DNA of 64,000 nucleotides from Nematostella vectensis (Eukaryota): NCBI RefSeq assembly GCF_932526225.1, contig NC_064047.1, positions 1,817,027 to 1,881,026 of the forward strand, read 5' to 3'. Shown piece by piece: positions 33,437 to 45,718 of this stretch (position 1 is its first letter; each line of letters starts with the position of its first letter). The notes under the pieces were generated by a model. It saw only the letters and a program-made list of their open reading frames with translations, ran no database searches and was not told where the DNA came from. The position numbers and the translations under genes were made by a program.

Positions 33437-34004
33437 CTACTAAATAAGGAGTTGGACGAGGATGTGATGCTTGCAAGGTGTAGGGCAGACTCCCTTGTCA
33501 ATTAAACAAATACATGTTCAGTGGAACGTCTACATCAGCCAGCCTCTATCAAGTGGACATTCTCCAAAGTCGAGAATTATTAGTTACTCAATCACTGTAA
33601 TGAATACCAAATATGCTCTGGCACATTGCTTCTGCCCTTGCAAGTTGTAGTTATTTCTTATACCTGCATAACAAAATCATTTTGCTATGTTTTTTTTAAT
33701 ATTCGAAGAACTCTCACCATCTTTTGAAAATACAACTCCCCCTGTATTATGTGATAGAATTAAGCTGTTTTAATTTAGGATGGATTCACTGAGATTCAAG
33801 CGGATTTAATTCACTACTGCAATAGACATCTCAATGTCTAGGGTTTTGTAATTTATGAAACCATGCATAACACAAGTCAGATAACAAAAATTGACTGAAG
33901 GGCCTGTCTCTCTCAAACAGCACTACTCCAACCTGAAGGTACTGTACACTACAGCACCCCCACTGAGGATACAGTAATGTTGACCATTCTGTACTATTAA
34001 ATAC

Positions 34005-34147
34005 CTTTGTGCTGCTAGGATCTCAGGGTCAAATCCCTGTTCTTTTAGGTACGATTCCTGATCCATATCTTCGTCCCCTTTGTCACGACGTGCCTGGCGA
34101 CGCCCCTCTTTCCTTGCCTGTTTCTTCATTTGTTTGTCTTTCTCAGA
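34005..34147 (-). CDS. ASCC3: ASCC3 exon 4 (SEKDKQMKKQARKEGRRQARRDKGDEDMDQESYLKEQGFDPEILAAQ)
   Basis: Acceptor catgtag| and donor AG|GTATTT; leaves in phase 2. Confidence 0.55.
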
Positions 34148-35311
34148 CTACATGGTGTTAAGCATAAAACAAGGTTTTTAGATCAAAACTGTAAATACAA
34201 ACAATTCTAGGGGATACAAGAGATTCCCCCGAAATTCTAAATTCCTTTGCAAATTGTGTATTTCTTTAGGTATGATCTTGTACTATTGTTTGCCAAGATC
34301 TTGTGTTGATTTACAAAACATGTCTACTATTACACAGGTAGCAGAGCTTTCTTCCTGTTTGTTTCTATCAGTTCACTTATCCGTGTCGCAAGTCTGTTCT
34401 TTCGAGTTCTCGTTTGTTTGTGTCTGCAGGAGAAACCTCTCCCGACAGCCGCTTTTGTAACCCGTTGAGCATGCGCATTAGTCACCTCCAAGTTTTTGGA
34501 GGTAGTCACATGGTATAACCGATTGTTTTTATCAAAGGTGTGACAGCTTTCAGAGATTGAACTTTTGACAAGAATGCTCACAACTTAACCATACATAATA
34601 AACAAAATAAGAATGAATTGTTAAACTACTTTAAAGAAGTTGTCTTAAGCTGTTTTTTACAGTTAATCAGTGCAAAAGTTTGAAGCTCCTGATAGACACA
34701 TGTTTCTAATTGAGCTGGTCAGTACTTGACTGGCTTTGTTCGTGTTCATGTAGTACAGTATTTCTAAACTCTGGAGTATTGGTCTTCTGGTCTTGTTTGA
34801 TTGCCATATTTATAGCAAAAATAAATTTCAACCACTTTTAGCTACTTTTGTGTGACAGAGTTAAGAGTAGCTTACAGTGGTTACGGCTGGGAATTTCCAA
34901 AAACAGCTTTGCGTGACAAGAATTCCCATGGTAACCCCAAAAATAATTAAGGGGATTTGATAGGGGCTGTTGGCAGAAAGAACATACTCACGAACAGAAC
35001 AGACTTGCGACACAGATAGTGAACTGATAGAAATAAAAAGGAAGAAAGCTCTGCTAGCAGGGTAGTCTACTATAAGATTGATAAAAGAGTAGAGGACATA
35101 ATGCTTCCTATTTTGGTGTTTTGTTCAGTCAATACCCTCAAAATGCCTTTGCTTCTGTGGGGGATGGGATGCAAATGCAGCCTGTGTACCCCCAGTGATG
35201 TACCTGGTTCTGCTTTGTTACACGGTATATTAAAAGTGACTTTACTATGAGCAGTAGAAACAGCTTCAGTAGATAAGAGTATACAGTATCTATAAGCTAA
35301 CCTGTACTCAC

Positions 35312-35382
35312 CTGTACTACAACTTGGCATCCGTATTGTGGCTTAGATGGACCTTGCTTTCCAACCAACTTAGTCTTTTTAT
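35312..35382 (-). CDS. ASCC3: ASCC3 exon 3 (DKKTKLVGKQGPSKPQYGCQVVVQ)
   Basis: Acceptor ttgttag| and donor CAG|GTGAGT; phases are consistent with neighbouring exons. Confidence 0.5.
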
Positions 35383-35657
35383 CTAACAATAACAACAATT
35401 ATAATAATAAATAATAATACTAAACAACAACATTAATGTGACAGTAAAAATAATGCCTCAGATGTCTATAACTTCATCATTCCTATTTATCACCTATTTA
35501 ATCTAAGTTAAATTTTGACAACCACTCCAAAATAATATCTATTAGAGGAAATTATTTTCAACTCATCTCCACCCACCCCAACCCATCCTGCAACCCCCAG
35601 AAGTATTCACTGCCTTCTTCCTTATGAAACTGAAAATCTTTTTTCATGGCTTGGTAC

Positions 35658-36341
35658 CTTTCATTCCAGTAGATAAAGGATCCCCACCCTCATCCATGAA
35701 GGCTGTGATGATGTCATATCTCTGCTGCAGTAAATTTGTTATAAACTCCAAAGCCTCAAACCCCAACAAGTCAAACAAATCTGTCTGAATATCATCATTT
35801 TTCCTCTCGGAACTGAGAATATCAAAAACAGCAGAGCATAAGTTCTCGGGTGTCAATCCTCCGGATGATGTCTCGGCGAACTTGCCGCATTCTTGCATAA
35901 GCCAGGACTGACTAATAGCACCACCACTTCTACTACTAGTCCCATCAGCTTCATCCATACCATTAGGTACTTGAGGTATTTTTAATAATTCATCTAACTT
36001 TGATTCAGACTCATCTTCTGATCCCGAATCTAATAAATCCTCATTTTCTAAAGCTTTACCCCTTGTCTCATTAAAATGGAAAGGAATAGAACTTCCAAAC
36101 TCTGTCACTTCTTTGGGTTTAGTTTTATTGCGGGTTAAAATCTGAGAGACTCGCTCGGGTTGTGACAGTTGACATATTGTCTGTACAATGTGCCTTGCTT
36201 TGCTTGCAGTGGAGGCAGGGAATGCGCCAAACTGGGATTTAAGTTGTGATGTTTGCTCTTTGCCCAAGTGATCACAGTTGTGTAAAATATTGAAGAGGGA
36301 GACAGATGCAGCCTCAGTAGCTTCTGGAGAATTCAGGCCAC
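35658..36341 (-). CDS. ASCC3: ASCC3 exon 2, a large 684-nt N-terminal exon (…GKEQTSQLKSQFGAF…WLMQECGKFAETSSGGLTPENLCSAVFDILSSERKNDDIQTDLFDLLGFEALEFITNLLQQRYDIITAFMDEGGDPLSTGMK)
   Basis: Long open frame with a tcttcag| acceptor and a G|GTACC donor. It enters and leaves in phase 1, consistent with exon 1 and the next exon. Confidence 0.7.
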
Positions 36342-37138
36342 CTGAAGATCAACAAGTAAAAAAATTAGTATAGAGCCCCGTTGAAAATCTGAATAAAAAA
36401 ATGTTTGAGTAAGGGTGATTCAAGCCCAGCTTGTCAGGTTTTTACAAAACACTGACCCCTGATTCATGATCCCCTCTCCAGAAAAGATGTATTTTCTTTT
36501 CAAAAGGTGAGTGTGAAAACCTTCATGGCATGAGGGACCAATGGAATATGGGTCAGTGTTTAGTAGAATCCAGTAATACAGCAGCTTGAAGTGAAAATGC
36601 ACCTTTTTTTTAGTATGGTATCATGAGCTAAACAAAATGTCAAGAAATCAAGAAAACAAAGGTAGAAAATGGAAGACCCATACATCAAAAAGAAAAGACC
36701 AAGAAAACATGTTGTAGTCCAATTTATTGCAGTTAAATAAATCAATATGGGTGATTGGATTCAAATTTCTACTCTTTATAAAACTAGCAAGTAGGTAACA
36801 ATAACCAATAGTCTTTATTTTCTAGGACGTTATCTTCTTGCATCTTAAATTGGTCTTTGTTTTATATACACTTATAAACTGTACGTGAGAAAACAGTAGG
36901 ACAAAAACACTACCCATTCTGTGAATTGAAATACGGCTCGAAAACTACTTGTTATTCCGGATTCCAAACTCAACGTACTATTTCTTATTTTGCCTTTAAT
37001 TATTAACACAAACTGTGTAAAGTACAGAGTGAATAAAGTTATTATTATACAAGGCTACAACAAACCTGTACTTTCCCTATTAAACTAATTCAAAATTCAG
37101 CCAATATTAGAACTATCACAAATATGACAACTACTGTT

Positions 37139-38612
37139 ACAGTACTGACGGAAAGTAATGCAAAAGAAATTGGTCGAAGTTCCCCGAATTACGTCCTTTT
37201 TTTTTAATCCAAAATTTTGGATGTTTTAGCCGAAGTTCGGTTACGAAATTTTCTGCTGTTTAAACCAGCCGAAATTTCGGCATCCGAATTTCGGCAAAGT
37301 TTTAAGGCTATTGTTTACGATTTTCGTTTGAAGTGAGCTCTTAATCTGTACACCGTACATTCCTAAGGCCGAGACAGCATTACGGAGGCTCTATGTTATT
37401 TAGGAGAACAGACACATGCGATCATCGAACAACACACGATTTGCGCTTCAAGGCAAGTAAATTTAACTTAACGCAGGCCAAAAAGTCTAAAAACTTTTAA
37501 GCGTGGAAAAATTACTTCTTCGTATCGTTAATGTTAGCTTTATTATCGAAGCTCCATACACACGCGATCATCGAACAACACGTGCGAAGTAAGAAAGATG
37601 TTAAGCATGGAAAATAGATTTCATTCATATAAAAATTGTTCGGTGTTTGATGTTTACATGTGTATTGTGACAGCAGAAAGCATGTCGCTGTTGCGTAGTC
37701 CAGACAATGGAAATGTCACGCATCTCAAGATCTTTACATTCATCTCTCTGTTCTAAAACTTTATTATAACAATCATGTAATGTTAGTCTAAAGTATTTTG
37801 GTTTCCCCTAGTCTAAAAGCTATTGTACAGCTCGATGATATTTGCAAAACGCGACTTGATATTTTTAGAACTCGCGGGAAGACCCGGGGAAAAATTGTTA
37901 AGATTATGACGTGTCACGCTGTCGCAACCATCAAATCACGCTTTTTCTTTGAGAAACACATAATATTTCCGTAAACGAATACAGTTATTAACAAGGATCT
38001 CTATTTGATTCTAAATTATTTTTTTTGTGGTTCAAGTTTTGCTTGAACCACATTTCGTGATTTTTACGAATCAAATGAGCTCCATGTTTATTCTACGAAC
38101 GTGATGGATTCACACGGCTTTCGGGTTATTGATTATGAAATCGATCAACTCGAACTGAGAATTGGGAAAAGAAGTGTCATGGAGTGTTCGGCCTTGTTAG
38201 TTTCTTCATAAAGAAATACACCCGCAAATATGCAAGAACAACGGTATTCGCAAGTGATTACGTGTTTTGATTTCCCTTCGTTCAATGTACGGTATCCCTG
38301 CTTGCTGATAATGATAAAACCCTGTGTCACTCTGCCAACAAACATTTAGTATCTGTACATTCTCTGGATTTTCTGCTGTACAAATTAGCCCATTCGAAAT
38401 TTGGGAAGATGAAATACGGAGAAATTTGGCTAGAATGCGTTTGCCTTAGAAACGTCGCTCAGGCGAAAATCACCAAAGATCGGGAGCGTGTAAAACAAAA
38501 GAATTTCGGCCGTTACGAAATTTGCCGAAGTTCGGGTGTTTTCGGATGTGCTTGAGGTAATTCAGCGAACTTCAGCCAATTTCTTTTGCATTACTTTCCG
38601 TCAGTAGTGTAC
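37139..38612. mobile_element. Non-autonomous Tc1/mariner-like DNA transposon (about 1.47 kb) in ASCC3 intron 1
   Basis: Roughly 40-bp terminal inverted repeats CAGTACTGACGGAAAGTAATGCAAAAGAAATTGG (left end) and their complement (right end) are flanked by TA on both sides, a TA target-site duplication. Sub-terminal GAAATTTCGGC/CCGAAGTTCGG repeats are present. There is no transposase ORF. Confidence 0.7.
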
Positions 38613-38671
38613 AACTTACCTTAATTTTGTAAGCATACAGCTTTGAAAATAAAAATTGGTTAAATACTTAC

Positions 38672-38921
38672 CAATTTCAGCAGCAGTGGTCAAAAGTTCA
38701 CGTAACAAGACTTTGATCTCATTTTTAGCACTTTTATCGTCCAAAGTAGCACCTAGTATGGCATTCTTTAACTGTTTCCATGAAAGCTCTTGTTCTCGCT
38801 GCTTTTTCGCCCTAAGTCTTCTCTTTCTCGCAAGCTCGTCATGGCCGGCTAGTTCCAAATTGGCTGGAGCAGACAGCCCAGAGAACGCCCTTAAAGACCC
38901 TGTAAGCCTAGGAACCTCCAT
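38672..38921 (-). CDS. ASCC3: ASCC3 exon 1 (coding): MEVPRLTGSLRAFSGLSAPANLELAGHDELARKRRLRAKKQREQELSWKQLKNAILGATLDDKSAKNEIKVLLRELLTTAAEI, followed by donor G|GTAAGT
   Basis: ATG at 38919-21. The N-terminus aligns with the vertebrate ASCC3 N-terminus (MALPRLTGALRSFS...). A GTAAGT donor follows at about 38671. Confidence 0.8.
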
Positions 38922-39601
38922 TATAAGCTAAGCACCTATCAAAGGGTCACATGGCCAATTTGGCTATCTCTGGGCTAAACGAAAAGGGAAAAGAACAGAA
39001 AAAAATCCCACACAAGCTAGATGATTCACGACATTTTTCAATGAAATGCAATTTTAGCCGGGCGTTCCTTGCTCCGTGGTGCAATGCTAGACCCAGTCTC
39101 CACGAAGGGCAATCTTTTCTTTTCGCTGCTTTAGAAAAAAGTAGATGCACAGAAATCTATAAGAAAGGCTTCTGTATACAAAACATGATTCTATCTTCTA
39201 CCTTATCTTCGTTCCCCACAATTGCATCTTATTCGCTTGTTTTTTGGTATACCTGTGTACATAGTTAGCGCGATGGATTATGGGAAAACATCCTCGAAGC
39301 AACATGCAATGACCAATCTCTTCACTCAAAATACAGACGTTCTAAGGTACATTAATGGCTATTGTTTTTTGCTTAGTCGTATTTCAGGCTATTCATGCTA
39401 CATTTAAAGTTCAAAAATACACTTAAACCCAAAAGATCCTCAGCTATTGCGTTGAATATATCGCTCCCGTTATTGTGTTGGGTTATTTCCCGTTATTACT
39501 ACTGTAGCATTTTGCCGTCCTCCCAGAAATTTACTTGTTTTCTTCTTTCAGATAAGCATTGTAAAATCCAGATATCAGCTTAGTCGACACCGAAAGCCAT
39601 A
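38922..39601. promoter_or_regulatory. Putative bidirectional promoter between ASCC3 (minus) and the divergent small gene (plus)
   Basis: Two start codons lie 680 bp apart in a head-to-head arrangement. A CCAAT box (catggCCAATttgg) sits at about 38950-38962. No TATA box was seen. Confidence 0.45.
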
Positions 39602-39912
39602 ATGAGCTCAAACGTGACCTCAGGGGAAGGTGACGAATCAGATGATGATACATGTCAATCACTGTCATTCATGAAGAATACAATGGTTACGAGTACAATG
39701 GTGTCCGGTGAAGCATCAGAAACTGATGAGGAAGATGATGCTGATGATCAACAGGAATCAGCTGATGATGACAAAATGCACCAAGAACCAGTAGAGATAG
39801 ATATTGGGGATACTGCTATACCTATAAAAATTGATAATCTGGAGGTGGAAGATCCTTTGGCCACAAAACAGAGCAAAGTCAGACGACAGAAACTTGTCTT
39901 CAAACATGATAC
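39602..39912 (+). CDS. Exon 1 of an unidentified small acidic protein gene (MSSNVTSGEGDESDDDTCQSLSFMKNTMVTSTMVSGEASETDEEDDADDQQESADDDKMHQEPVEIDIGDTAIPIKIDNLEVEDPLATKQSKVRRQKLVFKHDT)
   Basis: The ATG is in a Kozak-like gccataATGa context. The 104-codon ORF ends at a consensus AC|GTAAGT donor. Confidence 0.45.
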
Positions 39913-40989
39913 GTAAGTATCAATGAGATCTTTTCGATCTTACTATTGGATAGGAATCCAGAAATGTGTCCCTCATTAAGAGTAAATCTTGTACTGTGAA
40001 GCCATAAACAGCTCCACGCTACCAGACCTTTCATATCTGCAGAAATGGGTTTGATTCCTCTGGTAGAGACATGGAGAATATGTGAAGCTTTCCTAAATAC
40101 ATGACTGATTCTGTATTGTGCTATGTGAACACTTGCATATTTTATGTTTTTTTCTTTCCATGACATCCTCCGCCTGTACAGACCTATGCACAGGAAGCTT
40201 AGTGAGTATTGGTGTGACGGAGTCACTGTTATATTAATTAGTGGAACTGTCTAGAACATTCTTTATGTGCAGGCTCTCACGCTTGGAACATTGACTCAGA
40301 AGTTTATGATAAAGAAATGGATGATGTAATGTTTCTATTATTAGTAACATTAGTACATTAGTAACAATTATGATGTAATTAGGTATATTTAGAAACACCC
40401 AAGAGTATATAAAGAAGCTCGCTCATGAAATAGGGGTTACAGTAAGTTGTGAAACAGCACGAAGGCTATGCTTATCTAGGAGGAATCCAAGACCCGATAA
40501 CAGAATCGTGTTATGTCTTCATGGAAAGAATTATAAAGTCTGTTGTGTATTAGATTGCGTTGGATTGTAGCCATTCTAGTCCACGTCAATTGGTTATAAA
40601 AAAAGTAAACACCGGTGTTGCGAAAACCACCTGAGTTTGAGCCAGATTATGTTGCGTTTCTCACTGGCTGAACTGGTTTTTTTTTTTCAAAATGTTTACC
40701 TTGTTCAAGTTAAATCTGATTGGTCAAAGTTGTTAAGCATGGCCTGCTTTCTGTGTCCTCACTGTAAATATGGTTAGAGAAATGGTACCATTCTAGTGTT
40801 TCAGAAATCTAAATTTAACCATTTAACCATTATTTCACCAAAGCTGTATGTATAGTCTATGCTGATCAATGTCCATCTTTATTGTCAGGTAACTTACTGT
40901 ATATCTTTCTGTATATGGGTGTGACAGCGGTCCAATGTTGAATCTACTTTGGCTGATGTCTTTGGTCTTCTGGTGCTTGGAAGTATAAG

Positions 40990-41216
40990 AATACTTAACA
41001 CAAAGACTTTTAAGTGTTATCTGTTTTGGTGTGTTAAAAATATTTTCAAGCTCCGAAGTAGCCTAGTAGAGGGCACCACACAACTTTACAAGGCAGCCTC
41101 CAACAAGCTGCAGAGCTCTGGATTCTTTCTGAATAAGGCACAATTTAACACACAGACTTTTAAGTGTTAACTATTTTGGTGTGTTAAAAATATTTTCAGG
41201 GGAGAGAAATCTTCAG
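40990..41216 (+). repeat. About 175-bp tandem duplication of the [intron 3' end + acceptor + first about 100 nt of exon] of the small gene's internal exon
   Basis: 40993-41125 is near-identical to 41168-41300. The upstream copy lacks a donor: after GGCACA it runs straight back into intron sequence. Confidence 0.8.
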
Positions 41217-41321
41217 CTCCGAAGTAGCCTAGTAGAGGGCACCACACAACTTTACAAGGCAGCCTCCAACAAGCTGCAGAGCTCTGGATTCTTTCTGAAT
41301 AAGGCACAGGCTGCTGCTGAG
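41217..41321 (+). CDS. Internal exon of the small gene (LRSSLVEGTTQLYKAASNKLQSSGFFLNKAQAAAE)
   Basis: The frame is open, preceded by tattttcag/cttcag acceptors and followed by a GAG|GTAAAT donor. Its phase joins the terminal exon. I could not close the phase relationship to exon 1, so an intervening exon may have been missed. Confidence 0.35.
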
Positions 41322-41968
41322 GTAAATGACGAACTTGGAACTTCTCCTAACCATGGTTTTTCCATCAGAGTGACTGTGTAACGAAAGGTTTCATTTGTTT
41401 TACTTTGTGACAGGGTAGAGGGTCTTTTTGGGAAAGGAGGTTTGATTTTTTATCATATTGATATCAATGTTAATTGAGTGTTTCAGTTGGTTTTAGCTAT
41501 CGATCATGGGGAGGGGTCTCTCTATAAAAGTAGATGGGGGTGATCATCCTTTGGGCCACAAAAATTCTACCAACCGATATCACTAAGGGGGAAGGGTTCA
41601 AAGATTCTTCCCTTTCTGCTATCCATTAGGGGTCCCATGTCAATGGATCATCCCATCAAATAACACCAGGATTTGAAGACTTTCATAAAGATGACAGCAC
41701 TCTTCAAACTCATCAGAGATAAGATGTGCTGAATGAGGAATACTAAAAATGTGTTAGTTTTAGTGCAATCTCTTAGGTTTAGAAATTTGCGTCTACCACA
41801 CTTAATGCACTTTCTCTTAGGGGTAACAGTTAATGATCACCACACCCAAAGTGCCATGCCTTAGGGTTAAAATAGATTTTGCCGACAATCACACCCCTTT
41901 TTTTGCCCCTCTTCCCCTGGGCTATCAGTTTCAAGGACACTATTCATTCAGTTCTTTATCTGTTTCAG

Positions 41969-42088
41969 GAGGTTGCATATCAGTCTAAAGTCATTCTAGA
42001 AGACCTGGATGCCCTGCAAGTGGCTCTTCAAAGCATTGTGGACATGTCCGTCTTGCCAACAATACACACAAAGTACTCTTCATCATAA
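41969..42088 (+). CDS. Terminal exon of the small gene (EVAYQSKVILEDLDALQVALQSIVDMSVLPTIHTKYSSS*)
   Basis: Acceptor ctgtttcag|, in phase 0 continuation from the previous exon, with a TAA stop. Confidence 0.4.
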   Translation, partial: EVAYQSKVILEDLDALQVALQSIVDMSVLPTIHTKYSSS

Positions 42089-43569
42089 TATGCACTTGTC
42101 CCAGATTATACAAACCGAATGCTTGTCATGGTCTTAGGGGCCCGCATTTCTTACCAATTTCACATAACATACTCATCAGACTGATAGATATTGAAGCACA
42201 AGAGGCTTAAAAGGTTGTTTCTGTATAGAGTATGTAACAGATTATTAGTTTCGGAATCATTCTAGATTATCTGCTAGTCAACTAAGAAGCAGTGCAAAAC
42301 TTCCGCATGTTTGAACCTTTGGGATTGAATGATCATTTATTAGATTGTATCAGGGATGGCAGTCCTAATCATGACTTCACTGTGAAATTATGCATATACC
42401 TAGCCAGGATAATGAGTGTGTGTGGGGGGATGGACGTTTACCCAAGAGCACTTTTTCTAGGTATTTATCCTAGCTCACTGTCTTACTGAATTCTCGTTCA
42501 CCAGAGCAGACCTTCCAGTGGTGTGGTGTAATTCCTTCCATCCCCTCCCCCCTCATCCTCCTGGCTACTGGATTGTATATATGGCTAGATGATTTAAAAG
42601 ATATAGAATTTATAAAAATAGAAGTATGTTTATAAGATATCATCTGAAATTAAAAACTTCTTTCTGTGCCTGTGCGTGATCCTTTTACCTTAGAAAACAG
42701 ATTCAGATGTTGCCAAACACAGCATTATAAATATTTACAGTAACATTGTACACAGAAACTGTATATCACAAAAGGTTGTGGAGTGCAAAATTTCAGGCAT
42801 TTTCATTGAACGATCGTCAAATACTACACATTTTCCTTAGCCCGAGTATCAAGCAATATTTTTCTTTAAAGGAAACGAAAAAAGGGCTTTACTCTCGGAC
42901 TACATTTTCCGTATAATAAACTTCTGACTTCGCAAAAAGAGCGTTAATATTTTTTTTAAGTACAAAACATGCATTTATTGGTTTTGATTTTAACAATGGT
43001 ATACAAAAATAAAATACAATGATGAACAAAACAAACAAAAAAGCAACATTTTATTGTCCGGGAGCAATTACGTTTTAGATAAATCGCCTCTAGTTGATAA
43101 AAATGCAGAATCATCTAAACAAAACTTCAATTGAAATTCAAACCGCATGCATTAATCCATACTGCCCTGTTATTGTTTCACCTGGGTGAAACAAATTGGA
43201 ACAATGGAGAATTTGAATCGAATTTAAACACACGCGCACAAACAGTTAGGCAAGATGACACCCTTGCCTCGTTTTACTCATGACTCAGCTGACTGCCTTG
43301 ATTTACAGAGATACCTGATATAGCCTTACTGCACGAGGAGACCCAACGCGGCAAAGGGGGGGGCACTTATTTATTAATTGTGGTAATCGCTGTTACACAT
43401 GAATTGAGCAGTAAGTTATGAATGCTCCACTACAGTTTTTTTTGGGGGGGATCCCCTACCCCGTAAGTAAGCCTGCGGTGAAAGGCTGGTTAAAGTGAAA
43501 ACAATAAGCAGTGCGAGGTACAATGTATGTATACGATAACCACTCATACATAGGGGCGGTCATCTTACC

Positions 43570-43654
43570 TCCCCCTGGCTGAGCCCCGCCACATATGCAT
43601 ATAAAGGCAGCCATAGGGTTTGCCATTTCAAATCTTGCTGGAGTCGCTGCCACC
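43570..43654 (+). promoter_or_regulatory. MMP core promoter: GC box (gagCCCCGCC) and TATA box (caTATAAAgg at 43600-43605) about 50 bp upstream of the ATG
   Basis: The spacing is canonical, with a Kozak gccaccATGa at 43655. Confidence 0.6.
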
Positions 43655-43735
43655 ATGATGAAAGTTCTCGTCCTCGGTCTTGCGCTGGTCTTCCTGTGCT
43701 CCGTGAGGGCTGAGGATGACAAGAACTTTGCCTTT
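43655..43735 (+). CDS. MMP exon 1: signal peptide (MMKVLVLGLALVFLCSVRAEDDKNFAF)
   Basis: A hydrophobic h-region followed by a VRA| cleavage-type motif. Donor TTT|GTAAGT. Confidence 0.8.
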
Positions 43736-44208
43736 GTAAGTCTTAAATCTGATTCAGACAGCACGATTTAGTCGTATAATACCTGCCTCAGAAATGCCTG
43801 TGTCTTAGCCCTTAATTACACACTACGACTTTTGTATCGAGCATTGCCGTAAGTGAGTCGTAGGCTGATTTACACTCTACTGGAGTTGTAGAAGTAACGC
43901 ATACAACTAAATCCTGCTATCTAAATTAGCCTTTATGAAATTTATACGAATAATTTCTCGCATACAGAACCTGTCAATCTAGCGACATTTCATGTTACAA
44001 TATTCTCGGTATTACGACATTGATTTCTGGTGTAGCCAACCATAAAAAATATGGGAGATCGCCTCGATTGTTCTTCATATATGAGAGCTCTTCTCCGAGT
44101 ATTTTTTGGAAAACTGATTGCGATATACAGAAAATGTTCTTAAGAACGTTCTTAATTTTTTTTTTTTTAATCATATGACTGCCTTGCCAAATTGATTTTC
44201 ACTTCTAG

Positions 44209-44426
44209 GACTTTCTGAGCAGATACAACTACATCTCCCAAACGAGAAGCGGAAACCATGACTTCACGACTGCAATCAAGAATTTCCAAACATTCTTCGG
44301 GCTGCCTCTGTCAGGCGAGCTGGATCAAGCTACCGTGGCCCTCATGAGAAAACCGCGGTGCGGAATGCCCGATGTTGACGATAGCGGTCTGCGCGTGCGC
44401 AGATACAATGCAAGAGATCCATGGAG
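44209..44426 (+). CDS. MMP exon 2: propeptide with cysteine switch ([72 protein letters not shown]-)
   Basis: The PRCGxPD cysteine-switch motif of MMP propeptides is present. Acceptor cttctag| and donor AG|GTGAGC. Confidence 0.85.
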
Positions 44427-44868
44427 GTGAGCTGTACTTTGACGTTACATTTTTTTCGTTTTTCTTTCCCAAGCGTTAACCCTTTACAGACTAAAGTTAA
44501 TGAGCTATAAAGCTAAAACCATTCCTGAACGATCAACGGCGGACATTTTGATCTCATTGACTTGTCCATGTGACATTTATGTTGTCATGGCCACCTTCCT
44601 AAGCCTACAAAATGATGAATCTTTCATATTCTCGTCCCCACGCTTTTCAAGTCCAAGTGCCTCTTACGACTTGTTAAGCTTTGTTAGACAACAAGTTCTA
44701 CAACAGCGTTGGAAAAACACGCACCGTTCCCACAAAAACATCATTGCGATTGCCACAGCCGTGTTGAAAACCGTTGGTCCCAGGCCCCCGGGCATTTAAG
44801 AGCACAGAAAACCCAGTAAGAACGCCTGGGCTAGACTTGCAAAACATTGTACTTTCTTTTATTTTCAG

Positions 44869-45024
44869 CAAAAAGAGCCTGACTTACTACATCGAGTACG
44901 GCGCTGACTTGAGTGCGTCCGAACAGGATGACATCTTCCGACTTGCTCTTAAGTTCTGGGCGGATGAGTCCGGGCTCTCTTTCCGTCAAGTGAAAAGTGG
45001 AACAGCCGCCGATATTAAGATAAG
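44869..45024 (+). CDS. MMP exon 3: start of the catalytic domain (SKKSLTYYIEYGADLSASEQDDIFRLALKFWADESGLSFRQVKSGTAADIKI-)
   Basis: Acceptor attttcag| and donor AG|GTGACG. Confidence 0.8.
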
Positions 45025-45142
45025 GTGACGACACGAAACATGCAAAAGCTTAACTAGAGGAGGGAGACTGAGACGGACTGGAAGCGTTAGACGCAGACGC
45101 GTCGAGAATCCAAGAACGTATATTATCACCTATTTCAATAAT

Positions 45143-45352
45143 TGTTGTCAGGGCAAATGGCGAATGGCGATTGGCAAATTGGCAGTTCAAAAAATAACAA
45201 GGACTTCGTCAAATTTCTACTGAACGTAGGAAAATGTGGATAACTTCTGCGATTACATTACTTATCATCTTTTTTCTTACTAATAACTATACCCATAGAA
45301 AATGATTGGCTTTAAAACTCCCATTTGCCAATTTCCATTCGCCCTGACAACG
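45143..45352. mobile_element. MITE-like element (about 210 bp) in MMP intron 3 with about 35-bp TIRs (GTTGTCAGGGCAAATGGCGAATGG...)
   Basis: 45143-45186 is the reverse complement of 45310-45352 with a few mismatches. Confidence 0.45.
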
Positions 45353-45654
45353 TTTATTTAAAAAGGTGCATTTTGAAATAGATGCATATGAAGTTAGCGG
45401 GAGAAGAAGAATGGAGAACCAGGCCCGTACCCAGGATTTTTCATAGGGGGAGGGTGCGAAATCCGTAAAAGTAGACCTAATTTTTCCGGAGGGGGGTTCT
45501 CTGATAAAAATCTGACCACCCCCGAAAAAAAACAAAAAGGAATTCTTTAATGCCTTTGCAGTATCTCTACGGGACGTTTATTGTCGGATTCGGCTACGTA
45601 GAAGAGTGATCTAGGTTATGCTTCATTGTTTTGTCAACAAATAGCACGTCTATT

Positions 45655-45686
45655 GAGAACCGAAAATGGACCTTCGGCCGTTGTGT

Positions 45687-45718
<32 letters not shown>

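Noticed and set aside
35644-36267. 207-aa minus-strand ORF as a possible independent gene
   Set aside because: It is in phase-consistent continuity with ASCC3 exons 1 and 3 and bounded by a splice acceptor and donor. I treated it as the large N-terminal exon of ASCC3.
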